A stretch of DNA of 64,000 nt from Heteronotia binoei (Eukaryota): contig NC_083223.1 in the NCBI RefSeq assembly GCF_032191835.1, positions 151,962,001 through 152,026,000 of the forward strand, in the 5' to 3' direction. Below the pieces are notes generated by a model. It did no database searches. It saw nothing but the letters and a program-made list of their open reading frames with translations, and was not told the origin of the DNA. This document shows, one piece after another, positions 33,972 through 46,237 of the stretch (position 1 is its first letter; the number at the start of each line of letters is the position of its first letter). Made by a program: the position numbers and the translations under genes.

Positions 33972-35252
33972 TAGTTAAATAAATCTGTTATATTGTTTAG
34001 AATACTATTGGTATATTTGCTCCTTAATAAGGAAGGGTAATGAAACACCAAATTTTACAGAAAGACTCAGCATTTTCAAAAGGCTGTTGGCCTAAAGCTG
34101 ATGGGACTGAGTTTTAGTCACAACATGAGAAACATTTGCAATAAATCTTCAAATGCAGACCATACACTACCCAGTTGCTGTTATCAGACCTGCCTTTGAA
34201 CAGCTAATGAGCAAGCATCCATTCACAAAAACATTCTCATTGACTCTGGACTGATGAATCCAGAATAAATAGTATCTTCTAATGTAAACACAGGACATTA
34301 CCTGTATGGATACTCATTTATTTATTATATTTATATTTCTAAGCCAAATTGGCATCCAAACCAACTTACAATTACTATTTCTTTATATAGTGCTCTACAT
34401 AGCATTCTTTGTGAGTGTTCGAACACTTCACAAATGTTATCAGTGTCCCTCACTGCACCAACATATTGTTGCTCTGATGTGGCAGAAGGCTGTGGGCATC
34501 TGAAAGACAGGTGCTTGAATGAGATCATAGCAGTGGTGAGATATGACTTCTTTAGCTCCTCCGTTTTAGCCGTGTTTACAGTCATAGAGCCATGACAGCT
34601 ATTTTGTCTGGAATTGTTCTTCAACCCTTAACCACATTTAAAATTCATTGGGAAACTGTCCCTTTAAAGCATCTTGAACATGAAGTCACTGTGGTTGTAG
34701 CCTCATGCACATTTCCCCCCCAGCAGATAGCCAAGTTATTCTCGCCTTATTTGGAAAAAAAAATCATTCAGATATTCCCCATAGTTAGAGTAAGCCAGAA
34801 AATCAAAGCCAGTTTTCTCTACCGATGCTACAGTAATCACCATACAAGTCAGGGTTAAGCTTTCCTCTTTCATCACATGCCAGTAACTCCAAGTGTGGCT
34901 AATGCCTGAAACAAAATCTGAGTTTCTCCCCACAGCCAACCTGATGCTTTTGAGCATGGGTTACCAATCCCACGTGAAGCTGTCATCGCATTAAACATAC
35001 ATTATTTAGTTCAGCCTGTGGAAGAATTGAAGGAATGTGTATTGTGCATTACTGAGCATGTTTTTTCTGCATCTAGTCCTATGACACATGGTCTGAAAGG
35101 CATAACTGTAATTACCAGGACTGCACTTGGCTGTTTAAATTATTCCTTGTTTCCTTTTTTCAAAACCAACTCCTGATATTCCTCGTTCCAAATACCTGCA
35201 GGCTGCTTTTAGGCCGCAGTGGGATTGAATGGTCAACTCCAAGAATATATCA

Positions 35253-35553
35253 GGAGGAAAGGAAAGGTCCCCTGTGCAAGCACCAGTTGTTTCTTACTCT
35301 GAGGTGACGTTGCTTTCACGATGTTTTCACGGCAGACTTTTTACAGGGTGGTTTGCCATTGCCTTCCCCAGTTATCTACACTTTTCCCCCAGCAAGCTGG
35401 GTACTCATTTACCGACCTTGGAAGGATGGAAGGCTGAGTCAACCATGGGCCTGCTACCTGAATCCAGCTTCCGCCGGAATCAAACTCAGGTCGTGAGCAG
35501 AGAGTTCAGACCACAGTACTGCAGTACTGCTGCTTTACCACTGCGCCACGGGA
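35253..35553 (-). mobile_element. Sauria-type SINE
   Basis: tRNA-like head CCCGTGGCGCAGTGGTAAAG, conserved core GAGTACCCAGCTTGCTGGGG and a CCTTT-type tail. Confidence 0.8.
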
Positions 35554-35578
35554 GACAGAACTATAAATAACAGTGTAT

Positions 35579-36886
35579 GACCTCCAGGGTCATCTAGTGC
35601 ACCCCCCCTGCACAATGCAGGAAACACACAACTACCTCCCCCTAAATTCACAGAATCTTCATCGCTGTCAGATGGCCACCTAGCCTCTGTATAAAAACCT
35701 CCAAGGAAAGAGAGCCCACCACCTCCCGAGGAAGCCTGTTCCACTGAGGAATCACTCTAACAGTCAGGAAATTCTTCCTAATGTTGAGCCGGAAACTCTT
35801 TTGATTTAATTTCAACCCATTGGTTCTGGTCCTACCTTCCGGGGCCACAGAAAACAATTCCACACCATCCTCTAGATGACAGCCTTTCAAGTACTTGAAG
35901 ATGGTGATCATATCACCTCTCAGCTGCCTTCTCTCCAGGCTAAACATGCCCAGCTCCTTCAACCGCCCTGAGACACTTCGGTGCGAAGGGCGGGGTATAA
36001 ATCCCAATATAAATAAAATAAATAAATAAACCTTTCCTCATAGGACTTGGTCTCCAGACCCCTCACCATCTTCGTCGCCCTGCTCTGGTCACATTCCAGC
36101 TTGTCTACATCTCTTTTAAAATGTGGTGCCCAAAACTGAACACAATACTCCAGGTGAGGTCTCCCAGAGCAGAGTAAAGCAATACCATCACATCACGTGA
36201 TCTGGACACTATACTTCTGTTGATACAGCCCAAAATTGCATTTGCCTTTTTAGCCACCACATCACACTGTTGACTTATGTTCAGCGTATGATCCACTAAG
36301 ACCCCTAGATCCTTTTCGCACATACTACTGCTAAGACAAGTCTCCCCCATTGTATAACCATGCATTGGATTTTTCCTACCTAAATGCAGAACTTTACATT
36401 TATCCCCATTAAAATTCATTTTATTGGTTTTAGCCCAGTTTTCCAGCCTGTCAAGATCTCCCTGTATCCTGTTTCTGTCTTCTACTGTATTTGCAACCCC
36501 TCCCAATTTAGTATCATCGGCAAATTAAATATGCATTCCCTCTATTCCTTCACCCAAATCATTTATAAAGATGTTGAACAAAACAGGTCCCAAGACAAAT
36601 CCTTGAGGCGCTCCACTTGTCCCTCCTCTCCAGGAGGATGAGGAACCATTCACAAGCACTCTTTGGGTGCGATCTGTCAACCAGTTACAGATCCACCTAA
36701 CGGTAACAGGATCCAAACCACATTTTACCAACCTGTCAACAAGGATAGTATGTGGAACCTTATCAAAAGCCTTACTGAAATCAAGATAAATGATGTCTAC
36801 AGCATTCCCCTGATCCAGTAGGGTAGTCACTTTCTCAAAAAAAGAGATCAGGTTACTCTGACAAGACTTGTTCTTGAGAAAACCAT
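35579..36886 (-). mobile_element. CR1 (element Z) RT C-half and 3'UTR
   Basis: [45 protein letters not shown] and FSLERRQLRGDMI, followed by the CR1 3'UTR. Confidence 0.92.
35965..36028 (+). mobile_element. 64-bp L2-family tail insertion in the CR1
   Basis: GCCCTGAG..GGGCGGGGTATAAAT..(AAAT)n flanked by AACC (35961-35964 and 36029-36032). Confidence 0.75.
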
Positions 36887-37677
36887 TACTTTGTTTGTTA
36901 ACCATGCAGACCTTCTCTTATACCTGTTTGTACCTTTCCTAACTTGTGGTATATATTTTATCTGAGCTTCTAGGATTGTATTTTTAAATAGCCTCCAAGC
37001 TTCCCCAAGGCTTTTGACTGTATTTACCTTTCCTTTCAGTTTCCTCTTCACATGCCTCCGCATCTCAGAGAATTTACCCCTTTTAAAGTTAAATATGGTT
37101 GTGCTGGTCTTTTGGGGCATCTCCCTATTTATATAAATAGTGAAATCAATAACGTTATGGTCACTGCTCCCAAGCGGTGTGATCACTTTTACATCTCTCA
37201 CCAGGTCTTGGGCATTACTTAGGACCAAATCCAGGATCGCCCCACCCCTGGTAGGTTCTGTGACCATCTTCTCCATAGCACAGTCATTGAGAGCATCTAG
37301 AAACTCAGTCTCTTTCTCTCGACCAGAACACATATTGACCCAATCAATCTGCGGGTAGTTAAAGTCACCTATGACAAAACAGTTTTTTCGTCTAGCCACC
37401 ATCTTTAAGCCTTCCATCATATTATAGTCATCCTCTGTCTTTTGATTTGGTGGGCGATAACAAACTCCCATAGTTAAATTGTCTTTTGGGCCCTCTATTT
37501 CAACCCAAAGCATTTCTATAAGGGAGTCTAATTCTCTGACTTCAGTCTTACTGGACCATATGCCCTCTCTGACATACAGAGCCACCCCACCTCCAACCCT
37601 TCCCTTCTTATCCTTCCGGTATAACTTATATCCAGGAATCACCATGTCCCACTGATTCTCCTCATTCCACCAAGTTT
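36883..37677 (-). pseudogene. Internal endonuclease fragment of a second CR1 subfamily (X)
   Basis: Open frame TWWNEE..GGGVALYV..VIGDFNYP..LDLVL..SDH. Fused to element Z RT through a CCAT microhomology at 36883-36886. No tail. Confidence 0.85.
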
Positions 37678-37920
37678 GTAAAACAGTAGGATTTTATAAT
37701 AATATTAAAAGGTCATAAAAGACTTGTAGAATTTAAAGGTAATATCTATGTACTAATTTTGAATACTTCCAGGTATAATGAATTATACTTTTTTCTTTGT
37801 CTTTTTAAATGTAGCAATAACTGTAATCTACTCTTTCATTTTCTGTACCCTATCCCTGATCTTTTCCCCAATTCCCCAATTTTCCCTGTAAAACTTAACA
37901 AAAATTGTTAAAAATAAAAA
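37678..37920 (+). mobile_element. 3' end of a poly(A) retroelement (L1-C)
   Basis: AT-rich, L1-3'UTR-like sequence ending in an A-rich tail, immediately followed by one copy of the 13-bp TSD AGGAAGAGGAAGG. Confidence 0.65.
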
Positions 37921-39129
37921 AGGAAGAGGAAGGCGGTGGTGATTGGTGACTCCTTGCTCAGAGAGGTGGAGTCCAAAGTGTGCCGACTGGACTTATCATC
38001 CGAGAGGTCTGCTGTCTGCCGGGTGCACGCATCCATCATGTGACAGAAAGGATTGGAAGACTTATCAAGCCCACAGATTACTATCCTTTCTTGCTGATCC
38101 ATGTGGGGACGAATGATACTGCCCATCACAGCCCTGAATGTACTAGAAAAGACTATGTGGCTCCGGGTCAGAAGGTGAAGGAGCTGGGCGCACAGGTTGT
38201 GTTCTCGTCAGTGCTTCCTGTTGAAGGCTGTGGCTTAGGACAAGAAAGAAGAATACTTCAAACAAACGACTGGCTACATCGATGGTGCCGTCAGGAAAGA
38301 TTCAGATTTCTGGACCATGGCTTACACTTTTGAGATGGTGGCCTTCTATTGGGAGATGGTTAGCACCTTACGGCTGTAGGGGAAAGGGTGTTTGGTAACA
38401 GCCTTGCTAACCTAATAAGGATGGCTTTAAAATAAATTGTACGGGGGAGCGAGACAATAATTCAAAGCCTTGTATGATGCCAGAAACTGGGGATAAGAAC
38501 ATTAAAGATTTGCAGAGAGTGGCGCATACACTAGGTAATGTTAGCTTGCAGGCTTGTATGGAAACTAAACTCTCGGGATGCATAAAATGTGGATTCCGAT
38601 GTCTCTACACTAATGCACAGAGTATGGGAAACAAACAGGAGGAACTGAAAGTCCTAATATGGGAAAGAGACTATGACATAATAAGCCTTACTGAAACTTG
38701 GTGGGATGACACTCACAAATGGAATATTAGGATTCAGGGGTACAACTTATTTAAAAGGGACAGACAAATGAGAAAGGGCAGAGGCATAACAGTATATGTG
38801 AAGGAGGTATATACTTGTGAGGAAATATGTGAATCTGAGCATGGCAGTGCAGTTGAGAGTCTCTGGGTAAAAATAAAAGGAATAAGAAATAACAGTTATA
38901 ATATTGTGGGGGTCTGCTATAGACCACCAAGCCAGGCAGAGGACTTGGATGAGATACTCCTACAACAGATTGCAGAGTTCTCCAAGAGAAGGGATGCAGT
39001 GATCATGGGAGATTTCAGTTACCCAGACATCTGTTGGAAGTCCAACTCTGCTAAAAATGAAAAGTCAGATAGATTCCTCATTTGTCTTGCTGACAACTTC
39101 CTTTTTCAGAAAGTGAGGAAGGAAACAAG
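37921..39129 (+). pseudogene. CR1 (element Z) ORF1 C-half (SGNH esterase) and ORF2 endonuclease
   Basis: RKAVVIGDSLL, CLPGARI, LIHVGTNDT; then [24 protein letters not shown] and DNFLFQKV. Confidence 0.92.
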
Positions 39130-42100
39130 CGGTGCAAGAAGTTGAAATTCTCCCCTCCACAATCGCCGACCATTCACCCATTATGTTATCTTTAAGTACC
39201 TCTAAAAAGAAGTCAGGATGGAGAATGAATCTAAGTCTCATGAGGGATAAAAGATTTATCCGATACATTGAGGAAGAAATGAAAAATTTTTTTCACACAA
39301 ATATCCAGAGTGGCGTTTCTTATACTACTATTTGGGAAACCAGCAAGGCCTATTTTAGGGGACTGGTCATCAGTTATAGTGCTAGAAAGTGGAAGGAAGA
39401 CAGCAGTAATTTGGTGAAATGGTCGGAATTAATTAAAATTAAAGAATCGCAGCTGAAAACCAATCCCACATTAAAGGAGTTAAGGACAGAGATTAGGAAT
39501 CTCCAACATAAAGTTCATTTAATTTTTTCAGATCAGGTAGAAAGAAAGATAGCCTACTCCAAAGCCTTTTTTTTTGAGAACGCCAATAAACCGGGTAAGT
39601 GGCTGGCATACAAAGTCAGGAAGGAAAGAGGGAAAAAAGTGATAAAATCGTTAAAGGATAAGAACGGGCAAAATACCTCGGTTTTAGAAGAAATGAAAGT
39701 AATAGTGCAGGAGTTCTATAAGAATTTATATAGAAAACAGGGAAACCATGAGTCTGATCAACAAGATTATTTGAAGAACAGGGTCCGGACTTTATTATCT
39801 AATGAACAGAAAGAAATTTTAACGGCTCCAATTACGATGTGTGAAATAGTAGAAGCTTGGACAAAAATTAAAAGTAATAAGGCGCCTGGACCTGATGGTA
39901 TTCCTCCGGAATATTACATAACCTTTAAGGAGAATATAATAGATCCTTTTAAAAATCTATTAGACGAGGTTTGGTGTTCGGCCAAAATCCCAGAGTCGTG
40001 GAGGTACAGTAATGTAGCTCTTATCCCCAAGCCTGGGAAAGACCCTGATAATATTGGAAACTATCGCCCTATATCTTTATTAAATACAGATTATAAAATA
40101 TTTACGTCAATTCTGGCAAGTAGATTAAAACAGGTACTGAGGGAAACTATACATACTGATCAATCTGGATTTTTACCAAAAAGACAAATGCACACAAATG
40201 TTAGGCTGTTATTTAATTTTTTGGAATACTCGGAGTTTAATAGGGATAAACAGTTAGCCTTTTTATTTCTCGACGCGGAGAAGGCCTTTGATAATTTAGA
40301 ATGGAATTTTATGTTAGAACTCTTGGAAAAATCTAATTGTGGGGCAAAATTTGTTGAAAATATACGGGCTATATATGACAAACAGTTTGCTAGGATAATC
40401 GTTAATGGTGACTTAACAGAAGAAGTCCATCTTACCAAGGGTACGAGACAAGGTTGTCCCCTTTCTCCCTTACTGTTTATTTTTTCTCTTGAAGTTTTAA
40501 TTGACTCAATTAGGTTGGATGACAAAGTTGAGGGGATAAAGGTTAAAGGAGAAAACTATAAAATATTAGCTTACGCAGATGATATGGTTCTTGTGTTGCA
40601 AAATCCTTTGGACTCAATAGAGACGGTTTTGAATCATTTGGAAGAATATGGGAAGGTTGCCGGCTTAAAAATAAATAAAAGTAAGTCGAAGTGGCTAACC
40701 AAAAATATGACGGCACAGGCAATTGCGGATTTGGAAAGAAAATCAGGATTTAAAAGAGAGAAAAAAATCAGATATTTAGGTATAGTTGTTTCGGAAAAAT
40801 GCAGTGCCACTTATGAAAATAATTATGTTCCTTTATTAAAAGAAATAGAGTCTTTATTCAAATGTTGGGTTAATTTGAAACTTTCATTTATGGGCAGAGT
40901 GTCATTACTGAAAATGAATATTCTTCCCAAAGTTTTATTTTTGTTTCAATCGGTGAATTTTGCTATGAGGGCTCCTTTTCTTAAGAAATTAAATCAATTG
41001 GCTAGAAATTATGTTTGGCAAGGAAAGAAACCTCGAATAGGCTGGAAAATACTAGCTGACAAAAAAGAGAACGGAGGTTTAGGGCTACCTGATTTTGAGA
41101 TTTATCATACTGCTTGTTCAATTTGTTGGTTGAAAGACTGGGTAATGTTAGAAAACACCCGTGTGTTAGCAATAGAAGGGGCCGATTTACAAGCCGGTTG
41201 GCACGCTAATATGTGGTATATTAAGAAACCACAAAATTACTTTAAAAATCATTTAATTCGTCAGTCTTTATTGCTAACTTGGACAAAAATAAAAAGGAAA
41301 ATCTATGACAAAACGCCTAGGTGGATATCCCCAATGGAGGCATCTATTCGTCCACAACTGTGGTCTCCCGAAAAATCTCTAAGATATTCGGATTTATTAG
41401 ATGAGAAGAATAAAATGAGGAGGAAGGATGACTTAGAACAAAGTGGAATTACTCTGGATTGGTGGGTAATGACCCAAATTATGGCTAAATATAATTGTGA
41501 TAAAATTGTTGGGTTCACGAGAACAAATTTTGACTTTGACAAGTTAATAACAGATAAGACTGGGAAAACGATAAAGAAGGTTTATAATTATTTACTACAA
41601 ATTAAATTGGAGGACGAATCGGTTAAAAACGTAATGGTGAAATGGTCATCGAATTTAAAATACAATATAACGTTGGAACAATGGGCAATGTTATGGCGGA
41701 ATAATTTTAAGATCATAAAACCGGTTAATTACCGGGAGAATTTTTTCAAACTCTTTCACAGGTGGCATATTACACCGGTTTTAATAAACAAAATTAATCA
41801 CGACTTCCCACCTAATTGTTGGAAATGCGGAGTGAAGATTGGAACCTACTATCATCTATGGTGGACATGTAAGGTGTCCAAAAAATACTGGAAAGGTATT
41901 CATAGAATTTTGACTGAAATTTTGAAGATTAATTTTCCGCTTAAACCGGAGTTTATGTTATTGTCCTTAGTACGTGGGATGGTTCCCAGAGAGGATGAAT
42001 TCATTGTAGTTTACATTGTAACGGCGGCTAGAATGTTATTGGCTCAAAATTGGAAATCTAAAACATCCCCAAAAAGGGAAGAATTAATTTACAAAATTAT

Positions 42101-42596
42101 GCAGTTAATGGAAACAGACATATTGGTTAACACAATACATGGAAAATTGAAGGAGGACGCAATAAAAAAATGGGAAAAGGTATATATATGGTTAGAGAAA
42201 AATTAAAAATAGGTTAGGATAAAAGATTATAATATTTTATATTCTGTATATTGGATAACGGTAGTACTGTTTAAATTAAAGTTATAATATAACATAATAA
42301 TATATTGTTTAAATTAAAGTTATAACAAGTTGAATATTGGGAATTTTATGCCACAGTCATACCTTAACTTGGATAAAGGAAGGGTGTTATAGGATAATGT
42401 TTATCCTATAAATTCTGTTACAGGGGTTGAATAAGTAATTTATGATTTGAGGATATCTAAGGAGGTATGTACTTTATTATTTTGTCGTATGTGTAATGTA
42501 AATTTGTTTGTGGTATCATTGTTTTGGTTTTTTATGTATTGCAATGGATGAATAAAATTATTGAAACTCAAAAAAAAAAAAAAAAAAAAAAAAAAA
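39130..42596 (+). mobile_element. 5'-truncated young L1 (L1-A)
   Basis: Uninterrupted ORF2, 3'UTR, AATAAA at 42551 and a 27-nt polyA (42570-42596). No TSD. Confidence 0.95.
39132..42206 (+). CDS. L1 ORF2p (EN C-terminus, RT, Cys-rich domain), 1024 aa open, N-terminally truncated
   Basis: [37 protein letters not shown] and CWKC..HLWWTC. Confidence 0.93.
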   Translation: MQEVEILPSTIADHSPIMLSLSTSKKKSGWRMNLSLMRDKRFIRYIEEEMKNFFHTNIQSGVSYTTIWETSKAYFRGLVISYSARKWKEDSSNLVKWSELIKIKESQLKTNPTLKELRTEIRNLQHKVHLIFSDQVERKIAYSKAFFFENANKPGKWLAYKVRKERGKKVIKSLKDKNGQNTSVLEEMKVIVQEFYKNLYRKQGNHESDQQDYLKNRVRTLLSNEQKEILTAPITMCEIVEAWTKIKSNKAPGPDGIPPEYYITFKENIIDPFKNLLDEVWCSAKIPESWRYSNVALIPKPGKDPDNIGNYRPISLLNTDYKIFTSILASRLKQVLRETIHTDQSGFLPKRQMHTNVRLLFNFLEYSEFNRDKQLAFLFLDAEKAFDNLEWNFMLELLEKSNCGAKFVENIRAIYDKQFARIIVNGDLTEEVHLTKGTRQGCPLSPLLFIFSLEVLIDSIRLDDKVEGIKVKGENYKILAYADDMVLVLQNPLDSIETVLNHLEEYGKVAGLKINKSKSKWLTKNMTAQAIADLERKSGFKREKKIRYLGIVVSEKCSATYENNYVPLLKEIESLFKCWVNLKLSFMGRVSLLKMNILPKVLFLFQSVNFAMRAPFLKKLNQLARNYVWQGKKPRIGWKILADKKENGGLGLPDFEIYHTACSICWLKDWVMLENTRVLAIEGADLQAGWHANMWYIKKPQNYFKNHLIRQSLLLTWTKIKRKIYDKTPRWISPMEASIRPQLWSPEKSLRYSDLLDEKNKMRRKDDLEQSGITLDWWVMTQIMAKYNCDKIVGFTRTNFDFDKLITDKTGKTIKKVYNYLLQIKLEDESVKNVMVKWSSNLKYNITLEQWAMLWRNNFKIIKPVNYRENFFKLFHRWHITPVLINKINHDFPPNCWKCGVKIGTYYHLWWTCKVSKKYWKGIHRILTEILKINFPLKPEFMLLSLVRGMVPREDEFIVVYIVTAARMLLAQNWKSKTSPKREELIYKIMQLMETDILVNTIHGKLKEDAIKKWEKVYIWLEKN

Positions 42597-43494
42597 GAAG
42601 ATACAATTCTGGCACATGCTTAACTTGTATTTTCAAGATTTTTTGAATCCAAATATTAACTTGAGCCCAATATTTCCTGGCTTCTTTGCATTGCCACCAT
42701 ATATGGAACAACGATCCTTCAACTTCTCGGCATTTCCAACATTTATTAGAGTATGTGGGGTAAATTTTGGCCAGTCTATTTGGTGTAAGATACCATCTAT
42801 ATACCATTTTATATAGATTTTCTTTGAGATCAGTTGGCTTTATTAGTTTTAAATTCTGTTTCCATAATTTTTCCCATTCATCCAGATCAATATTATAGCC
42901 AAAATCCTTAAGCCAGCGGATCCAAGCTTCTTTTACAACTTCATCCTGCATCTTAACTTGAAGTAGCCAATCATACGTTTTAGAAATTATCTTCTGCTTG
43001 GACTCTAAGATAAGATCTAATTCAATTGGTTTATTCGAAAAGCCCCTTTCTTTGTCTTTCTGAAATCTTGATTTGAGTTGACACTGGAGCCACCAATTTA
43101 ACTTAGATAGTTCTTCCTCAATCAAATCATTTTGGCTATTCAACAAATAGGCATAATCTTGTGGGTTATCCCAATTATACAAGTTGGGGTGAGTCAGAGC
43201 TTCTATCGGAGATAACCACTTTGGAGTATAAGTATACATCAGCTTAATTTCATCCCAAATCTTATACAAGGATCTTCTTATTTCGTGTCTGAAAAAGCGT
43301 CCAGTTTTTACAGGAGTGTGATACCACATATAATTGTGCCAGCCTTCTCCCAAACCTACGCCTTCAATAGTCATTAGCCTCTTATTATCTAGCTTACACC
43401 AATCCCTTAACCATGCAATACAACAAGCCTTATAGTACAGATTCCAATCTGGGAGAGCAAGACCACCTCTTGATTTGCTGTCTTGTAAAATTTT
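42597..43494 (-). mobile_element. L1-B ORF2 3' segment (opposite orientation to the rest of L1-B)
   Basis: KILQDSKSRGGLALPDW...CWKC..HIWWQC..PELYLL; continues the frame that stops at 49010. Confidence 0.92.
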
Positions 43495-45247
43495 CCGGAA
43501 AGATGGCGGAGTGACGCAAAGCTCCTTTCCCCGTCTCGGGAGGGAACTTTGTTTGTGGGGTAATCGAGGGGGCTTCCCGGCCGGGAAGTACCTCTTAAGG
43601 AGCTGTCTGGAGACGCTCCGAAGCCTGGGGGGCTTTCTGGACGTGGGGGAGGAACGGAGGTTCCTCACTCAGTGCCAGTTTTCCCCCTGGCCGATACCCC
43701 AGCAACACCTCGGTGCCTAACTGTGCCGCCGGGAAAGGGAGATTGGAGAGGAACCTTAACTCCCTCAAGTGCACCCCGTAGCGTTTTTTCCTACCTGGGT
43801 CGTCCCACCCTTGGAATGCGAATGGTGCAGCTCATGGCGATGGCGAGAAGAAAATAAAGCTGGTAAGCGGTTTGTGTGCTGCACAGGCTGATAGGGAGCG
43901 GAGCCGCGGCGTGTGGGCATCGGTGGAGGACGTGAATGGCTGAGGAGGCGGGCGGCTTGGCAGCTTAGCGGCGACTGAATGAGCGATCGTTTTGAGGGGA
44001 AACAACAAAGAGCTTGGCTGTGATCAAAGAATATTGGCAGAAGGAAGACAGGGGGAAGTAGGGGGTTGAGAAGCAATTCTTCTTTTCCTGTCTCTGAGAC
44101 ATTAAAAGTGGCTGTCAGTCCGTGACCGATGTGAGAACTGTGATCTGAGTTAGGAGAGAGGAAGCTGTCGGTAATGGCGGACGGGAGCTGAAGTTCTCCT
44201 TCAGGAGGCCGGACGTGGAAGACGCAGGCGGCGCTGGTGGTGAGCGGAGACAGAAACTTTCTGAGTGCGTTTGACGATCTTAACTCTCCCCCCCCCTTCG
44301 CTTGTCCACCTCTGGTTTTCTTTATTTTTTTTGCCTTTCATCTGCGTTGTCGCTGGAGCCTTATTTTTCTTTTGTTATTTTACTTTTCACCTTGTTGAAG
44401 AGGATGGGTTTTGTTTACGCAAATACTTATTTTTGGGATAATTAATCGTTGGTATCAGCTCAAAGGGTAGAGTAGTGGTTCTTAGCAGCTTTTGCTGCGG
44501 CTGCTCTCTATTGAAGATTGTGGTTTTTAAATTTATAACTATTGGAAACGGATTAGGCACTATATTTGGATCTTTGAAACCTTCCTTCTTGGAGTATAAG
44601 AGACTGGAACTTTTGGACTCTAGAAAACATTTTCCTTTTCATCTTTCAAAACGTGGGGATTTATTAGGGCTAAAACTAGAACTTGGCTTTTAGAACACTG
44701 AAGACAGCTAAAAATCTATTTGACACTAAGACACTAAGACATTAAAATTGGACACTAAGCTACCAAGACAATATTAAGATCCTGAAACAGTTAAGTAACA
44801 AGAGAAGGGAAGAAAGAAGGAAGAAGAAGGAGCAGAGAAGATAAGGAACAGAGAAGATAAGACTGTGTAAATACTTATGTTGATTATTTCTTGACTCAGA
44901 ACTGTAATTTTTGAGTTATTTACTTATTCACTTACTATAAATAATTCTAGGGCTAAATTTTGATAGGTAATCCCTAATGCGTTAATGAAATGAATTGATT
45001 TAATATCTGATACCTAATAATTGATTGAATTATTGACTGAGCTCAAAGAATTATTGATTTTATAGAATTGCTGTATTACTTATTGAGCATTTTTATTGGA
45101 TCCCAGATAAGCTTGAATCACTGACTGAGCTTAAGAAGTTATTTAGCTGAATATTGATTATTGATAGTCTTTCCGCTTATTGATATATTGAGCTGTTGAA
45201 AATTACAAATTGGGTCAGTTTATAAGGTTAGTGACAGTAGCATCATT

Positions 45248-46237
45248 ATGACGGAAACAAAGATTAAAAAATACCTACAAGGTACTCCTCCGGCAGGGGG
45301 AGGTAAGGTGCAAGTCGCTGTCAACCAAGACGCGTTGGAAAAATTACAGAGTACAGTTACTGCTGGATTTAAACAGAACCAAGATGCTTTAGATGGACTG
45401 AAAACAGACTTGATGACTCAAATTAGGAAAACCAATGATCAGTTGGCAGAATTTCAAAAGCAGCTGTTGGCCAATACACAACAAGTTCATGGTTTTACAG
45501 CTAAAGTTGAGAGAATGGAAGATCGGGAGAAGCGCACAATCAATACGGTTAGAGAAAACCAAACAGGATTGATGGAGCTAGAAGAACGGGTGATGAGGCT
45601 CGAAATGGAGAAAGCTTCAACTATTCTTCGCTTTCAAAATCTACCAGAAGAAAAGGAGGAAGATATAATCAGTAAAATTAGAGGCATCTTAATTATTGAT
45701 GATGAAGAACTATTGGAAGAAGGTCCAAGAGATATTCTTTGGGCCAAAAGAGTTTCTTCGAGCTACATAAGGAAATTCAAACTTCCCAGAGAAGTTCAAG
45801 TAAAGTTCGCCCGTCCAGAAACTGTGGAAAGGATTCTGCGGAAGGCAAGAGATTATGAAATGAATTGGAAGGGAACGAAGATCAAAGTATTGAAAGAGAT
45901 ACCCTGGAGTGTCCGACAGAGGAGATTCAAGTTCAGGAAATTGTCTACTTGGTTAATGAAGCAAGAAATTCAATTTAGATGGCTTGTCCCGCAAGGTCTT
46001 TTCTTTACATTTCAAACTAAGAGATACAATATTACTACTGAGGCAAAGATGGAAGAATTTTGTGATGAGTTTGTGAAGCGAAATGGATCTGAATTGGGAG
46101 ACGAACAGGAGGTAGAAGGAGCTAAGAAGTTCACTGATGATAAGTCTCCCAAAAAGAAACCTGAGAAGATCAAAACCAGGCTCCAGACTAAGAAGGACTC
46201 AGCCATGATATCGGATAGTATTCACTCACCAAAATGA
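45248..46237 (+). CDS. L1 ORF1p (coiled coil, RRM, CTD), 329 aa intact
   Basis: Heptad-rich N-half, ILRFQNLPEE, PREVQVKF and RQRRFKF..FRWLVP. Stop overlaps the ORF2 start as ATGA (46234-46237). Confidence 0.9.
   Translation: MTETKIKKYLQGTPPAGGGKVQVAVNQDALEKLQSTVTAGFKQNQDALDGLKTDLMTQIRKTNDQLAEFQKQLLANTQQVHGFTAKVERMEDREKRTINTVRENQTGLMELEERVMRLEMEKASTILRFQNLPEEKEEDIISKIRGILIIDDEELLEEGPRDILWAKRVSSSYIRKFKLPREVQVKFARPETVERILRKARDYEMNWKGTKIKVLKEIPWSVRQRRFKFRKLSTWLMKQEIQFRWLVPQGLFFTFQTKRYNITTEAKMEEFCDEFVKRNGSELGDEQEVEGAKKFTDDKSPKKKPEKIKTRLQTKKDSAMISDSIHSPK

Noticed and set aside
42568-43668. 366-aa minus-strand ORF as a novel gene
   Set aside because: It is a chimera: antisense L1-B 5'UTR read across the inversion junction into L1 ORF2, ending in another L1's polyA read as poly-Phe.
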